64,000 nt of DNA from Cirrosporium novae-zelandiae (GCA_026023565.1 JAPETS010000018.1:496001-560000), one strand, 5' to 3'. Positions 1 to 14,316 are shown, counted from the first letter of the stretch. The notes: generated from the sequence alone by a model not told the origin. A program made the numbers and translations.

Positions 1-2175
1 TTGAGGAGACTGATGTTGGCTGGAAACTGATAAGGTGATATATTTGGGGCTTGAGCATGTATTGCCAATACGATGATAGCCAGCTCAATCAGGGCAAGCC
101 AACGAAGACATGGGCAAGGCGGACGGATTACGCCATGGAGTATTTTCGAAAAACCGTATAACCTCGGAGATGTCGAAATCTACTCACATGCATAATGTTG
201 ACCTGGCGAACGATGTGTCCTAAACTAGGCGGGCGTTTGAACCTCTACCATCAGTGACTCCTTACTGAACATTAACATGAGTGAAGACTTTCTATCAATC
301 ACTACCAATTACTATGTTTGGTTTCACAGCATCTCAGGAAACCACCTCTACTAACCCTCTTTTATTATCTCGAGCTTACCCGGCGAACCCGATAATCTTG
401 GCACAAATTCCTTTAAAGTCAGAGACACGATTAGACGAGAAGACGTTATATAATGAGATATTGTTACTGGCAGGGCAAACTACCAGCTACTTCGCCAAAT
501 AGAAGCCGAATATACACTAATAAGTACACCGAGGTTACCGTCAGTTATTACAAATAATTTATTCCCTGCCAAAGAAGATTACCAACAAGATACAACTATA
601 AGAGCCACTTACATGATACTGTCGGTCTATCTCTTCTAAAGGATGCACGAATTTGTCTTGGTAGGATTTGTATGTGAACATGATTTGGACATTATACAAC
701 TACATAAGATAGATGATGAAGGAATGATCAGCTTTGCTTAATACCGACTAGTTAATTGCACCCGTTGATCCTGATCAATTTCAGAAACCATCATGGTATA
801 CATAAATCTAGATTCTCCTAACCATCTACCCTTCTTGCCTTTAAAATATAACGTGTCTGCGATAATGAGCCAGACTTTAAGAGGTAAGATTTACGACCCG
901 TTGCTTCTCTAGAGAGCATTTGTCACCCAGACCGTCTTCATCTGATTCTAGAGATCGAGATATTAAATTCCCAACAAGCATGTCTTTGAAAGCCATTCCC
1001 GCATTTTGGGTATCTATAGTTAGAATAAGAGTTGAAGCACGTACACATCAAATCGACCTTCAACGACCAGGCTCGATTCCACCGTAAAAGAATAATACCA
1101 AAGGGCCCCAATTCATACCCAAGTAACCCCATCAACCAACCTCATCCATCGTCGTCCTACTCGGCTGTTAGTGTTGAGAGAGTAAACCAGTCACCCAACA
1201 CTCACAACGCTCTAGCAAATCCTGCTACTACTTTACACACCTCTTAGCTCTAACAGGAACGGTATAGGTGCTACATCATTAACCGACTTTGCCCTTTCCT
1301 GCCGCTGATCCTTCGAGCATCAAATATCATATGGCTCCTCCGTTCACTATTGGCATCACGCTGTTCGGATTACCCGCCTATCTTACAGCCACAGCGATGT
1401 AGAGTACCACTATATACACATCTTTTTTTTTAAATTGCCCGTAGATTAATTTTTTTTTTTTTTTTTTTTCATAAAATGATAGGCTAGGATGTTCGGTAAC
1501 TTGGTCGGCGCGTGCAAAAATATTCTTTTACCTGGTAGTAGTAAAATGCCTCGGTACATATGGGGGGGGGGGTATGTGGTTCGTGGGATCGGGGGATTTA
1601 GAGGCGATGCAGGCGGTGTACTGTGGTATGTGTTTCAGGTACTGTAAACCAGGTACTCAATTGAACATTGAACAAAACTTCCTCTCAGATCTTGGAAGGC
1701 CTCATTGAAACTATATCCTTATCTGATTGGCAAAGTCGACAGCGAAACGATGGTGGCGATGCGGGGAATTAATTCAAAAATACGCCTTTTCCATACATGA
1801 CCGTTTTAAATGACGTAAATGCAAATTTTAAATTATTTACCGCCATGAATCCTGGACAACAAATGGCACAAGGCAGACAGGAAATACCCACATTCATGCC
1901 AATTAAGGGTCTTCTGTAGGATTGATATCCAGGTACCAGAGCTAATCTGAATGGAACCGTCTATAATCCTTCGAGAAAAACAACTGATGACCCACTGTAA
2001 ATGGATAGTTCATTATTTTTATCAAGTTGTTGTTGACAGCACATCTAGTCATTCTTGTCCTCTTATAAGAAACAGCTTTCTCTACTTTTTCATCCATTCT
2101 CTAATCCACATATCCCTTCGCTGTGTGGCAGATACCTGTGTTTCACATCTACCATTTTCTTTTTATTTCTTCATC

Positions 2176-3442
2176 ATGTCTGGCCTCTTTGTGTCGCTGC
2201 TGTCGCTCCTGACGGTCATCCGAGTCATTGCCATTCCATTACAAGCAGAAACCAGAGCGACAGACTCATGGCCCGATCCAATTTGTACGGGAAACTGTTC
2301 ATATATTCATGATCCCAGTGTTCTGCAAGATTCCGATGGAACATACTATCGCTTCTCGACCTTTGCTGAAATTGCAATTGCCACCGCCTCTTCGCTCGAT
2401 GGACCATGGACATATCAAGGTCGGGCCTTGCCTCAGGGGTCCAGTATTGACCTTGCTGGAAACACTGTTCTTTGGGTATGTGGATTCTTTTTATTTCCAT
2501 TCACCAGATCTAGTTCCCTGACAGGAATACTTGCTAATTGATCAAATTCAGGCCCCTGATGTCTTCGGACCCTTTGACGACGGCTCATACATAATGTCAT
2601 TCTTTCTTCCCCCTTCCAACTCCCATCACTAACCCTCACATTCCAGGTACTACGCCGTCTCGACCTCCGGCTCCCAAGACAGCGACATCGGCTACGCGAC
2701 CTCCACAACCCTAGACCCTGGCAGCTGGACCGACGGCGGTTCCCTCGGTATCCCCCAAGACACAGCCTACAACCTCATCGACCCGAACCTGCTAAGCGTC
2801 AACTTCGGTGACTCCTACCAACTCACATTCGGCTCCTATTGGGACGACATCTACCAGGTCCAGCTCTCAGACCCCCCAACCTCCCTAGCCTCAGGCGCCA
2901 GCCCCGTTCACTTGGAGCAGAACACGACCGTGAGACCGGATTCCCTCTCAACGGGACCCCAGGAAGGCAGTTATCAATTCTGGTGGACCGTGGATGATAC
3001 GGTGTACTACTACCTCTTCTTCAGCTCTGGCGCCTGCTGCAACACGCCTCCCGACCTCGTCCCCGCTGGCGAGGAGTACAAGGTCATGGTCTGCAGAAGC
3101 ACATCCGCTACGGGCGATTTTGTCGATGCCGACGGTGTGGATTGCCTTTCCGATAATGGTGGAACCCTGGTTCTAGGATCCCATGGCGATAACGTCTATG
3201 CACCTGGTGGACAGGGAGTCATGTATGATGACGGCGTGGGCAGTGTGGTTATGTATTATCATTATGGTGAGTTTTTTCCAAAGTCCCTTTTAGGATAGGG
3301 TGGTGGATATTTTTTGCTGTTGCTAACACAAGTACGTGTGTGTTTAATAGTAAACCCGAATATCGGATACGCGGCAGCTGATTTCCTATTCGGATACAAC
3401 AAGCTTGATTTTACATCCGGGTGGCCTGTTGTTGTTTCTTGA
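2176..3442 (+). CDS. Secreted GH43 arabinan endo-1,5-alpha-L-arabinosidase (4 exons)
   Basis: Signal peptide [21 protein letters not shown]43 motifs IHDPSV, LW|APDV (across intron 2476-2551), [20 protein letters not shown] and C-terminal [14 protein letters not shown] introns with CTAAC/CTAAT branch sites. Confidence 0.92.
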
Positions 3443-5001
3443 TATCTTTGCCTTTGATATATCCCCCATATACGCATTGAATATTACAAAAAGTACATAG
3501 CTTCTAAATACATATACATATATATTTATTTTTATATCAACATCTATATGTTATATATACGTACGTACATAATACAGACATAACCTAACTGCCCCTAAAA
3601 AGTTCCTGATATATATATAAACCTTTATCAACTATTCCTCTTTTTCCTCTTCTTCCTCTTCTTCCTCTTCCTTATACATGTAGACCACAACCCAACTCAA
3701 CCCAAATGCAGAGAAGAAGAAAAAACGGATGAGAACTTGAACGTGATTTCACTTTGCTTTTATTTATTTTTCGTTTCTTCGTTTTCTTTTTTCGCTTGAA
3801 ACATATGCAGTAGAAAGAAAAAGAGAAAAGAGAAAAGAGAAAAAGAAAAAAGATTAAAGGATTAATCAGGATACATACATAACCTATAGCCGTTAATTAT
3901 AGGAAATTCATGAACACACAATCATAAAAAGAAGAAGCATATTTGTTCTATATTCTATACTCAACGCCTTTCCATAAACTTGCATAAACCACTTAACCAA
4001 CCCAGTCCCTAATTAGTCTCAAGAAGATCTAACCCAGCTTAGCCCAGAACAAGAACAGAAACAGACAAGGCAGGCAAAATTAACGAATCAAAAAAATATA
4101 TGTATGTATGTATCAAAGTACGCTACAGTAACACCCCGACTACTGTTTATTCCAAGCCGAAAAAAGACTGAAAAGCTTTAAAAAAAAAAAAGGGATAAAT
4201 CTAAAGTATATAAATATATACCATTTAGTGGAAGGGAAGGGGAAAAGGAACATATATATATCTATTTGGATTTAGGGTTTAGGGAGTGCTATATAAAATG
4301 GTAGGGGGATGTTTAAGGTAGTGATTTGAATACGTTGGTGTCTTGTGGTTGGAGGGTAGGTGGGAAATGAGCAAGTAAGCAACAAAGCACTCTCTCTGCC
4401 CCCCCTCCCTCACTCACTCACCTACTCACTCCTAACCCCCCCCAAACTAAGGAGATCCAAATATTTCAGAACTCTCTTTAGTCCAAAAAACGGGTGGTTG
4501 GGATGGGATGGGATGGTGTTTTGAGTATAATTAATTATTGTTATTGTACTTATTATCATGTAAGTTGTTTTGTGTGTGTGTGCGTGGGAGGTTGGTTTTT
4601 GATCATTGGTGATTAGTAGCAATTCCTCAAGTCTACGAGGGAAAGGGGGGGGATTAAAGAAGTCTTGATTCTTAGTAGTGTGAGAAATATAAGAGAACAA
4701 ATGTTATAGTGTAGCCAGGTTTATTATATCTCATGTCCTTTTTTGGTTTATTTAGGTAAGAAAGAGTGTTGGTTTGTCTTTCTAATGGAGAGAGAGAGAG
4801 AGATGGTGTGTGCGGGGGGGGGGAGAGATGGAAGTCTTATTATTATTGAATTATTGAGTTAATAATGAGTTTGGTTCATGGAAGATTCACAGTTCCTGCC
4901 CCCCCCCCCTCTCGTCTCTACCTCGTCTCCATCTCCACCGCTTGAATTTCCTTTCCTATCCCTCCCATTCCACCCACAAATCTACACCGTCAAATACCTC
5001 T

Positions 5002-5633
5002 CTACGAGATAACAATAAGCCCACTAAGAATGCTAGTCAAACCACCCAAAACACCACCCAACAAAGCGCCCACAGTAACCAAAACACTTCCAACAACAAC
5101 CTCCAAAGAAGCAAGAAGGCCGTTCAAGCTAGCAACGAGTCCACCGAGGGTAGCGAGGGTCTTATCGAGTCCAAAAACCTCAACAACACCTTCAAGGGTG
5201 TACTCGACCTCAGTGATGATTTCAGCAACGAGCTCGGAGACTTCTTCGAGGACTTCCTTGACGTCGACGGTGGCGGAGATGTCATCGAGACCTTTGATTT
5301 GGACCTTGGCAGCGACGATTAGGGAGGTTATTTCGGAGATGTCGGCGGTGATGGAGGCGAGGCCGGTGTTTATTTCGACTTCGTGGACTGAGGTGGCAAG
5401 GGTTGAGACAGTGGAGTCTGGGGGACAGGGGGGTTAGTTTTGGATGGTTTTGAAGATGGAAAGGGGTTGGGAGGGACTCAACTGATTTTGCCGGTGTAGG
5501 TTTGGACGTTGCTGTAGAGCTCGCTGACAACGCTGACGACGGAGACATCACGGCGGGCGATCTTGGCTGGGAGGGCGAAGGTGCCGATGAAGAGGGTGAA
5601 GCTGAGGACCAGGGAAAAGATTGAGGACTTCAT
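5002..5633 (-). CDS. Small secreted Leu/Val-rich amphipathic protein, about 188 aa, no Cys (2 exons)
   Basis: Not in the ORF track. ATG at 5633 gives MKSSIFSLVLSFTLFIGTFALPAKIARRDVSVV. Intron 5482-5418 (GT...CTAAC...CAG). Exon 2 is open to TAG at 5002 and ends ...GALLGGVLGGLTSILSGLIVIS. Confidence 0.85.
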
Positions 5634-7574
5634 TTTTGCTTGTTGGTGGGTTTGATTATGTATATAGGTAGGTTGGTGGGTATATATTTGGAATGTTGTA
5701 TTAATGAATGTATCGAGTTGGGTTTCGAATGAGTGTGGTTGATTAGTGAGTAATGAGAGACTGTGGTTGACTGATGGTGAAGAAAGGAAATGGGGAACCA
5801 GGTATGTCTTTATACATGACAGGATCCTTTCTCCTGTTAATCATCTCCGACCATTTCCACGGAAAATAGGGCTTGACATTCCTTGATGTCATTGCTAATT
5901 CAAGCCACCAGTGGGGCAGAACCGTCTTGAGACAGGCGATACCGCTGCTAGAAAAATGAAATAAACATGATCATCGGCTCTTTCAGGGCGGACTGTTCAT
6001 TCCACCACGTTAAGATTGGCGTGGAGAGCTTTAGCGCATTTTTCCAGCAGTCGACCTTGGTCCTGATCTTCATTCGAATATACTGCTTCGGAATTTTTCA
6101 ATGTTGGTCACTTCCATAAGCTAAGGCCTAAAGGAAGGCTTCCAACTTAATTCACAAGAGAAAAAAGGAGGATATGTGGCTAGTGGTACTCTAAGGCCAT
6201 CCCAGCATTTTCCATTCACGGTATGAATGGAGCTTGGAGGAGGTCTGACGAAGACGGTGATGATGATCGGGACACACGTAACTGGGCCTTCTTCTCTATT
6301 ATTGGATGATTTCGCCTTGTTCAACAGAAATTGCAAATGCTCTAGTAAGGTTGGATAAAAGCATGAGAGTATGGATCTACAGCTGTCAGGAGAGAGGTGA
6401 TGATATGTGTGGCACACCAGGTACAGTACATGTACATGTACATGTACATGGGAAACGCAAACGTTCAACTTCAAGAAAGTTCAGGTCCAAAAGGTATAAG
6501 AAAGTCAGTTGTAAATAAACGTCATACTTTGTTGTCTTGGTCCATGGCCAGGAACGAGAAAAGGCCAATAAGGGAAGACTGGCTGTTGACGGATAAAAAG
6601 TAAGTTGATGGCTAATCGTCATTTAGTCAAAGTGTCCAACGGTCAAATAAGCATACCAACAAAACCATCAAATGGCGGCAGTTTGGAAGGATACTAAGGT
6701 CGTAGATCGGTCTTTTGGTGAAATTGCTTGAAGAGCCAAGTGTTGTTGTTCATGGCAGTTACTTGGTAGTACTATGTGGGGATGATGACGGGATCTACAG
6801 GGAGAATACTCACATCGGTCAGTAGGATTAAAAAGGGGCATCTATTTCGAAATTTCTGAGATATCAAAGAAATCCATAGAGGGGAGTTTAGTCGGAACAA
6901 AATCACTCAGGCAATGTGGTTGGTGTATGGTGTATGGTGTATGGTGTATGGATTATACCAAGTAGCTGTAATTTGAATCGACGTTTCTTTCATCAAAACC
7001 TGTATGTACTGACTGTACTGTATCACCGTATCAAGAGTTGATGGATAAGAAGAGAGGAGCCGAGCCTAGCCGACTTAAAGGGGATTGGGGGCCGTTTAAA
7101 AGCCGGCACATCCGGGACACCTTTGCTGTGCGGTACTGTGCACATTAATTACGTACGTACAGTACAGTATGTGAAAGGAGGCTTGTAACCTTTAAGCTGA
7201 CATGTCCTCAGGCCCATCTTCTCCAAATTTTTAATCAACGTCAACTAAACAATATATTCGACAATGTTGACGGTTAATAACCATCCGAGATCGTTTCAAA
7301 TCAGCCCTTTCAGCTCTACAGAAATGATGCTCTTCAATGTCATGCGCCCCGCACCTATTGTCACTCAAAGTCGGATTTACCCCGCTATCTAATTACTATA
7401 AAGTCACCTCGTGTCGGATTACCACATTGGTGGACTTGTGCCATGAATTATTCTTTTACGTTTATTCTTGACAGGCTCATCCGTTTGAAATTTCAGAAAA
7501 CTATTTCTCTTCTTATCATTTTTAACGAGATTATTTTTCACATCAATTGACATTTATTACTAAAGTCAGACACA

Positions 7575-8854
7575 ATGTCCTCAGAAGATATCAAGCCGGA
7601 GCTGCTACCCGATCTAAACCTCCCTTCCTCCGACCACGTCGTCGAAGTCTCAATCCTCGATACGGCATGCGACATTGTAGTCCCTGCGGGCTCCTTTCTC
7701 AAACCGGTCCTCAAAGGTTTAGAGGAAGTTAACCTTCCCACCTTTAGTTTCCACATCCGCAGCAAACATTTGAATAGAGAAATACTCTTCGACATCGGAT
7801 GCCGAAAAGATTGGTGGAATCTCGCGCCTTTAGGCTACCAGGGCATTCTTAATGGCATCCCAGCGCTAAACACCCGGAAAGACATCGCCGATGTCCTCGC
7901 GGAGGGGAACGTGGACCGAAATAATATATCTGCTGTGATTCTCAGTCACTGGCATTGGGATCATTGTGGGGACATGACACTTTTCCCCAAATCAACTGAT
8001 CTCGTCGTGGGCCCAGGTTTCAGCGAAAAGTTCCTTCCTGGATACCCCAAAAGGGAGGATTCGGCCCTGCTGGCCGCTGATTTCGAGTAGAATTACACAC
8101 TACAGTGATCCGCATGCAAACAAAAGCTGACAGTGATTGACAGTGGCCGAAAGGTTGAGGAAATTCAATTCGATGATTCATTCAAAATCGGAAAATACCC
8201 AGCCTACGACTATTTCGGAGATGGGAGCTTTTATATCCTAAACGTCCCAGGGGTAAGCCATTCCCCTCATCCCCAACCCCCTCCAGACTAAATTTCCGCT
8301 CGCAGCACGCCATCGGTCACATCTCTGCCCTCGCCCGCACAACCCCAACAACTTTCGTCCTAATGGGCGGGGACGTAACCCACTTCGGTGGCGCCTTTCG
8401 CCCCACGCCATACAACCCCCTCCCAGCCACGATTCCCCCCGAAACAAAACTCTCCCCAACGCGCTTCACACTCCCATGTGCCTGCAGCATCTTCACGGCC
8501 TGCCACCCACACTCCGCGTCCCCCAAAATCGCACGCACAACGCCCTACTTTGGCCCCTCCGACACCCCGGACTCCTGGTACGTCGACCCCCCCGCTGCCA
8601 CGACCAGCATTTCCACCTTGGCCGAATTCGACGCCCACCCAGATGTGCTGGTGTGTATTGCGCATGATGAGGGGTTGATAGATGTGGTGGATTTTTATCC
8701 AAAGGGGACCTTGAATCAGTGGCAGGAGAAGAGGTGGAAGGAGATGAGCAATTGGGGATTTTTGAATGCGTTGCCTATTGACGGGAAGCCGGCGAAGGGG
8801 TGGTTTTGTGAGGGATTGATGCGGGATGGGAAGGTTTGGAGACCGGAAGCGTGA
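7575..8854 (+). CDS. Metallo-beta-lactamase-fold hydrolase (lactonase/lactamase-like), 3 exons
   Basis: Metal motif SHWHWDH and LFDIG. Exon 2 has [15 protein letters not shown], spliced to HAIGH. MGGD and AHD follow downstream. Introns at about 8087-8143 and 8253-8305. Confidence 0.9.
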
Positions 8855-9823
8855 GTGGATGTGGGTAGACTTTATGACTTTACAGTATGGAACTGCTGTG
8901 CTACAGTAATATAATCCAACTAATTCTTCTCTCCTTGAACCCCGATACCGATAACTAGCCCCTCCCGAAAAGAAAAGAAAAACCTCAATACCAACCAAAC
9001 TCCACTAAACCAAAGTAACCACTTAAACAAAACCAGGTATATAATATATAAGTAATTACATACATCAAAAGAGAGAGAAACGAGAGGGGCGGAGAATGAG
9101 GTGAGGCGAGGTGAGGTGACGAGGGTCTTTTATGCTGTCCAAGGTTTTGTTTGTTTGTTTGGTTATTTTATTTAGATAGTTATGTAATTATATCCGTTAT
9201 ATATTAGAATAAATATCTATACCTTTATTTTTATTTTATTTTCTGTAAAGGAGGGATAGGTGGGGATTGGGGGAGAGAGGGGGTAGGCATGGTTATCTAA
9301 ATAAGGTGGATTGGATTGGATTTGATTGGATTTGATTGGATTGGATAGGTACTGTAAAATAATGAATGATTTATTTTATTGTTTATTGTTTATTGTTTAT
9401 TGTTTATTGTCTATGTGTTTTCTCCCCCTTGTAGGTAGGTAGGTAGGTAGGTAGCTATTAATGATGACTGAGGTCTAGAATCTAAGGTGGGTTGGGGAGG
9501 GAAGCTTTAGTTGTAGAAGAGAAGTAGTGCTAGATAGGGCATATAGATAGACTAATTATGCCCTAACAGTCTAATCTAGTCGGGCACCCGTTGGCTGGGT
9601 ATTGTAACAATTATAGTCCTATTTTTCTTTTTCTTTTTCTTTTTTTTTTTCTGCTTTACATGTGTTATCTCTCTCTCTTTCTCCATATGATATGGGATAG
9701 ATAAATAAACACTGGTATTGACAAACGAAAAAAGAATATACATATGAAAGACATAAAGGACAAGAGAAAATATTAAATCATCCCATCCCATCCCATCAAT
9801 CCTTGAATCGATTCGATGTTTAT

Positions 9824-12303
9824 TTATTGATAACCATCATCGTTGCCGAAACTTTCGGAGAATGAAGACCAGTTGTTGTTGGCACTGTTTATATCATCAT
9901 CAGCGGTATTCCGATGTTGAGTCTCATGGCTATGGTTGTGACTTTTCCAGATTCCGCTACCGCCACCGCTGCCGCTGTTGCTGCTGCTGGTAGTGTTTTG
10001 TAGAGGATCAAAGGCGGGTTCGAATTCTCGGTCACTATCATTATTATTATCCCAAAAAAATCCTCCTCGGGTTCCAGGAATCTGGTTCCAAGCAAAAGAG
10101 GCGGCCGATTCGGACTGGCGGTGAGCCTCAAAGTCGAATGCGAAATTGGGTGATGGGAAGCATGCTGGTCTTCTTGACCTGGAGCTTAGATTGAAGCCGC
10201 CGACGTCTGTATTTAGATGGTCGAGATTCAGGTTGCGATAAAGTTGGTCGTCTTCGTCTTGGGTGGATGAGGACCATATTTGTGGGGGGTTGCTGGTGAT
10301 GTTGTTGTTGTTGTTAGTGGTGTTTGGGGGCTTTCGATGACCTAGAGTATCGCTTGCGTAGCCTGAGTCGCCTGAGTCGGAATTTTTGCGATGGTCGTGT
10401 TGCGATATTTGGCCTAGGAGTTGGTGATGGGGTTGCATGGTGGATGATGGTAGGTTGGAAACTTGTGAGCGGGCGGGTTGAGAGGATGAGATTGAAGAGG
10501 TGGCTAGTGTTTGTGCTGAACTAGGCTGCGATGTTGTCGAGAATGCCATCGAGTGACTTGGTTGTATGTCTCCTGTTCCGAAGTCTAGGATAGCGTTTAG
10601 AGCTGAGAAAGTTTGAGAATGATGAAAAGTCATGTCGCGGGTGTCGTCGTGTAGAGATGTGCTTCTATCGTTGTGCCAATTCCGTTCTAAGGTCCGTTGG
10701 CATTTTCGGATAACGTCCACAACCGTTGCTTTTAATTTCTCTTCAAGACATATCATCCCCTCAGTCACCATGTCTTCCAATTCCGCCTGAACTAGTCGCG
10801 GGAGCTCGGTTCGAGAATAGGATTCATATTTGGTAAACTCTTGCGACGTTGGTGATTGTGGCCTATCAAAACTCTCTGTAAATGATTCGTGGTAGGGTCC
10901 TGGAACAGAAGTACCAGGAAAAAGTATCTCATATATCTCTTCCCAGCTCGTGCTTCTTTTGTTGATAAGATCCATTTTATCCTGACAAATTCCTTCTACA
11001 GCTTGCCAAGGTAGAACATGGCATTGGTTAATACTTCTTTGATGATTGACTAGCTCCTGCTGATCGCGAAAGGTAGACCAACATCGATGGCACTGAACTA
11101 CAGGCTTGTGGACTCGTTTCAAATGCTGCCTTAAACGAGCAATGGATCCAAAGCCTGGGCCAGCACAAGTTCTGTACTTAATTTTTGTTGTATCATTGCA
11201 CGAATACTTTTTAGGATCATATTTGTGAAACGGACAAGCAAACAATTTCCTCTCATCAGTTTCATCAATTGGAGAATCTGATTTCCTTCGTTTTCTGCGA
11301 CCATCTTCGTCATCTTCGTCATCGCCGGGAGGGGACGAATCTCGATCATGGATTTGGCGTTTCCCAGAGCTTCTCCCACGCGGGTACCATTGCGAAGGTT
11401 GATTAGCACCCCGGGCAGAACTTCTAGATGCAGAAGTGGATGGTGCATGTTGGTGTGGACTATCGGCATCATTTTGCCCAAGCAAGTTATAGAATTCTTT
11501 CATAAGGCATTGAACAAGTTTCCCTTTAGCCTTGATAAAATTGATAGAATCGTCCTCATCTGACAAGGTGCTTTCAGTGTCGCTATCAGAAATGCTTATA
11601 GGGTCTTCGAGTTTGTCGTCTTTACAGACATCAAAGTTGGAATTCCTCCGGTAATAAGCAGTATTTGCATGTGTATGGGTCTTAGGAGAGATCGAGACTC
11701 TGGAGGTAGTTGCGGAGGGGGCCATATTTTCAGGGCTGTCCGCCCGATCTATGCATGACCCATTTTGGGAGCCCGGATGATTTCCATACGAGCTATTGTC
11801 AAGGCGACAAGGGTTATCTGACATAACCGCGAAGCCGTTAATAAGTGGATCAAAACGTGAAAATTCAGAGCCAGCGTAACCACTGTCATTGCTTCGCATA
11901 GACAACCGCTTTTTGGCCCGATCTTTAATTCTTGGGGCCATTTTCGTTTTGATGCTGTCAAGAGACATGCTAGCAAGAAATTGGTCAACATCAAGGTGTT
12001 CTTCCATTCCGTCCTTGTTGGGACCAACGAAAAGACGTCCTAGGGCGGCTTGAATTAGATCTTCTGGCGATTGGGTATGAAACCGAGACGGAGACAATTT
12101 GCTATAGATTGCTTGTTTCGTCAGTGCTGCATCAATGATGGCCAATGGAAAAAACACTTACTTCCATCTTGATATAGCCTGGTATCTGCAACATCCAGAA
12201 GACTTGATATTGACGATAGTAAGCAATCCTTGCTGTATTCCTTTAAAGGTGTGGGCACATTGCGCTCAGAGCCACGGTTAGATACTGGTTTCTGCCTTGA
12301 CAT
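9824..12303 (-). CDS. Fungal C2H2-type zinc-finger protein
   Basis: FACPFHKYDP...TCAGPGF...RLRQHLKRVH...QCHRCWSTF...NHQR in a 777-aa ORF with low-complexity flanks. Probable first exon from ATG 12303 with a GTAAGT donor near 12161. Confidence 0.8.
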
Positions 12304-14316
12304 CTTCGTATACCGGATGATTGTGGCCCTCAGGGGATATATAATTTAAAGACGGTCAATGTGACTGCGAAAATATTTGCAGACTCGATTACCGAGAAAT
12401 TTAGTCTCGTGGACCTGATAGATGTGGTCGTACAATCGAGAGATAAAGTTGGGTCTACCGGTGTCCTGTTATGACCGTGAGCCAATACCTTGGAATAAAC
12501 TGTAGATCAGCAGCATCGTACTAATTTGCAACTGCCTCCCACTAGATAAGCTTTCATTTAAATAAAACAGGAAAAATCAAACAGAGATTATTGGTACTTG
12601 GCAACTGGTATATGCTTCTGAAGGGGAAGTAGACGGGGATAGTTCTTAGAAAAGGGAGATTATCGTTAGAAAGACATCAGCAGCATGAGGGGCGATTTTA
12701 AACCTTTCAAATGGCAAAAGTCTTATCTATCCATTTCACACAACTGTGCTGACACGGAGCACACTTTTGCGCAAAACAGAAAAAAAAAATCTTGCTGCCC
12801 GCGAGGCAGACAGTGAAGTCATTTGGGTTGTAATCCTGACTGAATAGGCTGCCTGTAAGACGAGGTGAATTACCTTAGTCAATGAATGGCCTCGGCTTCC
12901 TTGGAGGTGAATGGCCCAAAGTCCGTGTTTGCAGATAATCCTTGTCACTCCCCCACCTACAATGCCCCATTGACGGACAGGCCGTTGGCATTGACTTGAA
13001 AGCGGGATACTTTCGAGTCATATGACAATCTTAGGGAACTTGCGATGGGGATCGAGTGAGGTTGACCGAGAAACTTGCAGGAATTGCCGCTTTCCTACAA
13101 CGCTCCTCCCGAGGTTAAAGCTAGTCGTATTATGTAGCCTTTTGCCGTATCAACTCCAAGTACGTTGTTTATCAGCAGCATTCAATGGGTATCTTAGGTT
13201 GAAATTTTGTGGTCAAAGGCAATGAAACAAGACATTCAAAAGACCATGGCTATAAGTAGATTTCTTCCGGGGGAATAAATATCAAATTGGATAACTTTTG
13301 AATAGCCTTGACCAATTTCAATTGTTCATTACAACCAGAAATCTTTCAGCGCTTTGGGTCTTTTGTGTCACTGTACCGAGAAGTAATATTCTTAGATTGG
13401 TCTTGGATTGTCTGAAATTTTGACCATCCCTCTCTTCCTAATCGAAGCCCAGCCACTGCTACAAGATCCCTGTGTTCATTTTCATTGATTGCCAACATTG
13501 TCTCATTATATGAATCCTTCTAAACTTCTATTTTCATTCCATGGAGAACATGAACATAGGACTCGAGTAGTAGTCATAGTGAATAGTGGAGAGGATCGGG
13601 ATGGAAAAGGCGATATTTGATGGTCGAATAGTTAGGCTATGGATATGGAAAGCTTCTTGGCTGTCAAGTTGGCGGCTGTTCGGGCTGCACCACAATGATT
13701 CGGTGCCATCGTTATAGAAAAGCAAGGAGTAGAGGTGGAAAGCAAGTGCTATCGTTTCGGCTGTATTGTTAGCTATAGCAACAAGGAAATTCAAAGATTC
13801 CTCGAGAATTCCTCGAGGAATTATCTAATTAGTAGAAGCTGAAAAGTTCCGAACGGCTGAAGTTGAACGCTAGTCTCAACAACGCTTCTGGTGATGGAAT
13901 TTCACCACTGTGTTACACCCAAAAGTAGTTAAATATGCAAAGATTCTCCAGGTCAAGGGCAGGAAGGAATCTTGGCTCTCTCCACTCCAAGTCTTCCTAA
14001 GCAAACAACATGGACGGAAAATGTTTCCACCAAGAACCGGGGTATTCTCCTGTCCTTAGCCAAGGCCTAACATTTGGGGGTGCAAAATCCTCAAGACCTT
14101 AACTATTGGTCGATGATTTGATTTGCGGACCTGCAGAAGTAGTTCATCTGTCCAGATAGACATCAGTCCAAGGCATTTGATCTGGTATACCTTTATAACT
14201 TCACCTCATCTTCTCTCATTTAACTCCGTCATTTGTCCCCTCAGTCATCCGAAATATAGATATTAGTCATTTTATATTTGACTCCATCAAGCTCTCGCTC
14301 ACTGGCTGATTAGAGA

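Noticed and set aside
1..140. Minus-strand frame resembling a signal peptide (LRWLALIELAIIVLAIHAQAPNISPYQFP) running off the window edge
   Set aside because: No in-frame ATG or convincing exon structure is visible, and there is too little sequence to call.
4942..5437. Two overlapping + strand ORFs (126 and 135 aa)
   Set aside because: Antisense shadows of the minus-strand secreted protein gene.
13795..13822. Palindromic duplication ATTCCTCGAGAATTCCTCGAGGAAT
   Set aside because: Short local duplication with no further copies or element ends.
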